Assembly (NCBI RefSeq): GCF_037042905.1
Contig: NC_087254.1
Location: 32,240,001 to 32,304,000 of the forward strand
Direction of reading: 5' to 3'
From: Lytechinus pictus
Taxonomy: Eukaryota
DNA: 64,000 nt
Shown: piece after piece, positions 60,653 to 64,000 of the stretch
How the letters are laid out: each line of letters begins with the position of its first letter
Numbering within the stretch: position 1 is the stretch's first letter
Notes under the pieces: model-generated
The model's input: the letters and a program-made list of their open reading frames with translations, nothing else
The model's database searches: none
Told to the model about the DNA's origin: nothing
Made by a program: the position numbers and the translations under genes

Positions 60653-61993
60653 CTTGTCATGACCAAAAGCATTCAAAATCTGTGTTGAAAGACTTCTTGG
60701 AGTTACATTTCGATCCATCTTTTTTTTATATAACTATAATTTGTCATGAAACATTAATTTCGTTTTGTATCAGCACCTTAATTCATTTTGCCATAGCGAG
60801 GAAATGACATTATACATCTGTGTTATAGACAAATAAGCTAATATACTGTTTATATATTTATACTGTTTGTATATTTTCCTCCATTTATCTGGATATATTG
60901 GATTCAAATCAGATGACGCAATGCCTAATATGGGGGATAATTGTGATTATACGGCGGTAGATCAAAACCAGTGAATTTCCTGTTCTGTAAAACGAATTGA
61001 TGTAGGCCCAGATATGGGTTAATGTAAATTATCCTGTTCTCCTTTTTAACCAAACATTCTTGCTTAAAAAAAATATATTATTTCTGCGGCGAGCAAAGCG
61101 TCTATAGTATAATCTCATTAGAAATTTATTGTTAACTGTGGTAAGCATATACGTATCCAAAATCCCAAATTATGAGAAATAATGGTACATAAATTAATGC
61201 TATATAACGACCGAGAGAGGATATCGTTCTTCAAGAAAAGACAATTCATCTTCAGTGAAGCGAACGTCCTACGTATTTGTCCCATCGATCAATGTCAATT
61301 AATTTCCCTCATGTTCCAATCCAGAACAGCTGCCCAAATACAATACAATGAGGATCGAGTAATTCGTTATTGTTCTGTCTCCCTCTTTTGACAGGGTTTC
61401 TTTCTTTCTTTTTTTTCGAAAGAATAAAAAATTAATAATATCAAGAGAAATTATTTCACTACGGAAGTCCATTGATATTTTATACTTGACCTTTCTATTT
61501 TCCCAATACGATCTTCCTTTTTTAAATTTTTATCAAAAAAAAGAGCTATATTAAGTACTGCTCATGCATTGCAGTCCCATTTTCTTTTGCTTTGGCCTAA
61601 TATTACTTTGTCCTTTAAAATTGTTTTTTTTTATCTTTGGGCCATACATACCGGATTATAATGATCTACCCAGCAATACAACAGGAAGGGAAAAATACCA
61701 ACCTCTATAATTTCTGTAAAATAGGCCAGTGTGATTAGAAAACCCATGCTCAATTTATTTCTCATTAAAACCATATGCTCCGCCGGAGGTGATGATAATG
61801 AGAGTCCGTTTTCAGCCTTTGGCATGAGTTTATTCATGTCGAAATTGCAATTGCGGTGTTTAAATAGGGTTTGCTGTTCACCATGAACTCTATACCCCCC
61901 CCCCCCCCGATTATGTCTAATTATCTTTTATCCAGAGGTAGTCAGAACCCCGGGCACTCCTCTTTAGAAAGAAAGGAATAAATGTAACGTATG

Positions 61994-62314
61994 CAGGGGC
62001 GGAAATCTCTCCCAAAAGGTAGGGGGGGGGGGGGACAAGGGGCTGAGAAAAATTTGACAAGCCAAAAAAAAAAAGGTTATCACCACAAATTTAAGGTCAT
62101 TTCGACGAAAATAAATTTGACAAGCCAAAAAAAAGGGTTATCATCCCAAAAGTAAGGTCATCTCGTCCTAAAATACATGTTTTATTTCGATTTTGAATGA
62201 TGTATTTATTACCATCATAAAAGACCAAAAATATTAGGGAGGACATTTGATATTGTGTCCCCCCCTACTATTTTGAGTAGGGGGGACACGTCCCCCCTGG
62301 GATTTCCGCCCATG
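61994..62314. mobile_element. hAT-like MITE with 8-bp TSD
   Basis: caggggcggaaatc ... gatttccgcccatg; TSD aacgtatg / aacatatg. Confidence 0.75.
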
Positions 62315-62609
62315 AACATATGACGGCCATAATGTCCTACCATTACCCCCCCCCCCTTTGCCAAATTCTCGATCCATAACCTGGAGGGAAGGGGGGGGGG
62401 GGTGCGTCATACTGAAGTTATTGTAAAGATTGGGTTTTCAGTAAACCATTTTTCTTGGATGTCCTTTGAGCAAGGAGTTACCAGCATTTGATTTGAGAGA
62501 AATATCTCTCTTTATCTTTTGTTTGGAAAACTAAATCTGTTTCTTATTCTTACTATAAATTACAAATAAATTATAAAATCTTCGTTTTTATAGGGCCTAT
62601 ACTTTCTGG

Positions 62610-63100
62610 GGCAAATTTGCCATCTTCATAACCATTGCTACATCACCACTACCACCATCTTCATTAGAGTGATTGTTACCATCGCCATTATTATCACCAT
62701 ATTCATCATTACCGTAATATTCACCATCTTCATCAGTCACTTTTGTCATTCTCAGAATTATTATTGCCATCATCTTTATCATAGTCATCATCTTCATCAT
62801 ACACAGTCTCTATTGCCATATCTCCATCATAGTCACCATTGTCATCATCTTCACTAGTTATCATTGATATCATCTTTATCAAAGTCACCATTGTCATGAT
62901 CTCCACCAGTAATCATTGATATAATCTTTATCATTGTCACCATTGTCATCATCTCCACCAGTAATCATTGATATCATCTTTATCATTGTCACCATTGTCA
63001 TGATCTCCACCAGTAATCATTGATATCATCTTTATCATTGTCACCATTGTCATGATCTCCACCAGTAATCATTGATATCATCTTTATCATTGTCACCATT
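62610..63100 (+). repeat. (CAT)n-derived low-complexity tract with a ~51-bp minisatellite
   Basis: Repeated tcattgatatcatctttatcattgtcaccattgtcatgatctccaccagtaa. Confidence 0.85.
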
Positions 63101-63103
63101 CTT

Positions 63104-64000
63104 GATATTCTTGCTCCCTTAGTCGGGTCCAATGGACATGCTGTCCATAACTCTGCATCGTTTGTTGATTTCCTGCGCAGCGAAACCATACAGGAACACG
63201 AGGTCATGGTTTCATTTGATGTGGTGTCATTGTTTACCAATGTACCCATCGACGCCGCATGCAAGGTCGCACTTAGCAGACTCGAACGCGATGAGAGTCT
63301 ACCCGAGCGCACACAGTTATCTCCGGCCCAGGTAACTGAGCTTTTGAGTTTTGTTTTACAATCTACGTATTTTATGTTTGCCGGCAATTTCTACGAACAG
63401 CAAGAAGGAGCAGCCATGGGCAGCCCTGTTTCCGCAGTAATCGCTAACTTGTTCATGGAAGCTTTTGAGGAACGCGCACTGAGTATTTGCCCGCCCGACT
63501 GCGCCCCTAGAGTTTGGAAGCGATACGTAGATGACACGTTTATTATCACGCATAGATCCGCCGCCGATGACCTTTTGAGCCACATGAATTCGCAGCAGCC
63601 ATCCATCCGTTTCACCATGGAGATGGAGTGCAACGAGCGCATTGCCTTTCTAGACACTATGGTGCACCGTGACACCAGCGGCCGATTGTACACCACCGTA
63701 TACAGGAAGCCCACGCACACCGATCAGTACATTGCTTATGATTCGCATCACCCGAAGTCCGTTAAGCGCGGTGTAGTGAAGTGTCTTTATGACAGAGCTT
63801 CACGCATCGTTACTAAGCCCCATTGCACAGCTACAGAGAAGCAACACATCATCTCGGCTCTTATTTCTAACGGTTACCCGCGCTCCTTTGTTAACCGCGT
63901 TGCTAAGAAGAAGAGCGCTCCGTCCGAACAGCCTGCGCAATTTAAATCCGCTATAGTAATCCCATTTGTTGATGGTATCGCGCATCTTCTCCGCCGGCGC
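63104..64000 (+). mobile_element. Penelope-like retroelement reverse transcriptase, 5'-truncated, open to the window end
   Basis: Uninterrupted frame missed by the ORF track: VSFDVVSLFTNVP, QQEGAAMGSPVS, WKRYVDDTF, FTME...IAFLD, VYRKPTHTDQY..YDSHHP, LISNGYP. Confidence 0.9.

Noticed and set aside
62597-62857. Asp/Gly-rich and His/Ile-rich ORFs
   Set aside because: They are translations of (CAT)n low-complexity sequence.
62998-63985. Minus-strand ORFs of 61-129 aa
   Set aside because: They are antisense shadows of the plus-strand Penelope RT frame.

Overview
AT-rich, intron-containing animal genomic DNA. The repeat families suggest a marine invertebrate, probably a sea urchin (inference only). 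One host gene is present: LRRC45 on the minus strand, with 11 coding exons from 53659 to 11621, about 686 aa and all intron phases consistent. Its 29.7-kb intron 7 holds the main feature, an apparently intact 17.1-kb autonomous Academ (AcademH-type) DNA transposon at 19752-36882. This element has identical 111-bp TAG...CTA terminal inverted repeats (TIRs) and a 9-bp target-site duplication (TSD) GCACTCCAC. It carries two convergent spliced genes: a RecQ-family helicase (+, 3 exons, 617 aa) and a DDE transposase with AT-hook and zinc fingers (-, 5 exons, 962 aa). Each TIR can fold into a branched hairpin with two GCGAAGC mini-hairpins. Upstream of LRRC45 lies a cluster of five non-autonomous elements with TAGAC termini and 9-bp TSDs. 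Two target sites were each used twice, one reuse creating a 0.9-kb palindrome, and the targets share a CWWG-N7-CWWG pattern. The rest is transposon debris: hAT, Harbinger, Helitron PIF1, MULE, L2, RTE and Penelope remnants, Kolobok-type MITEs, Helentron-like elements, SINEs, and a tandem array of a hAT catalytic fragment. All coordinates were read by hand and no database searches were run.
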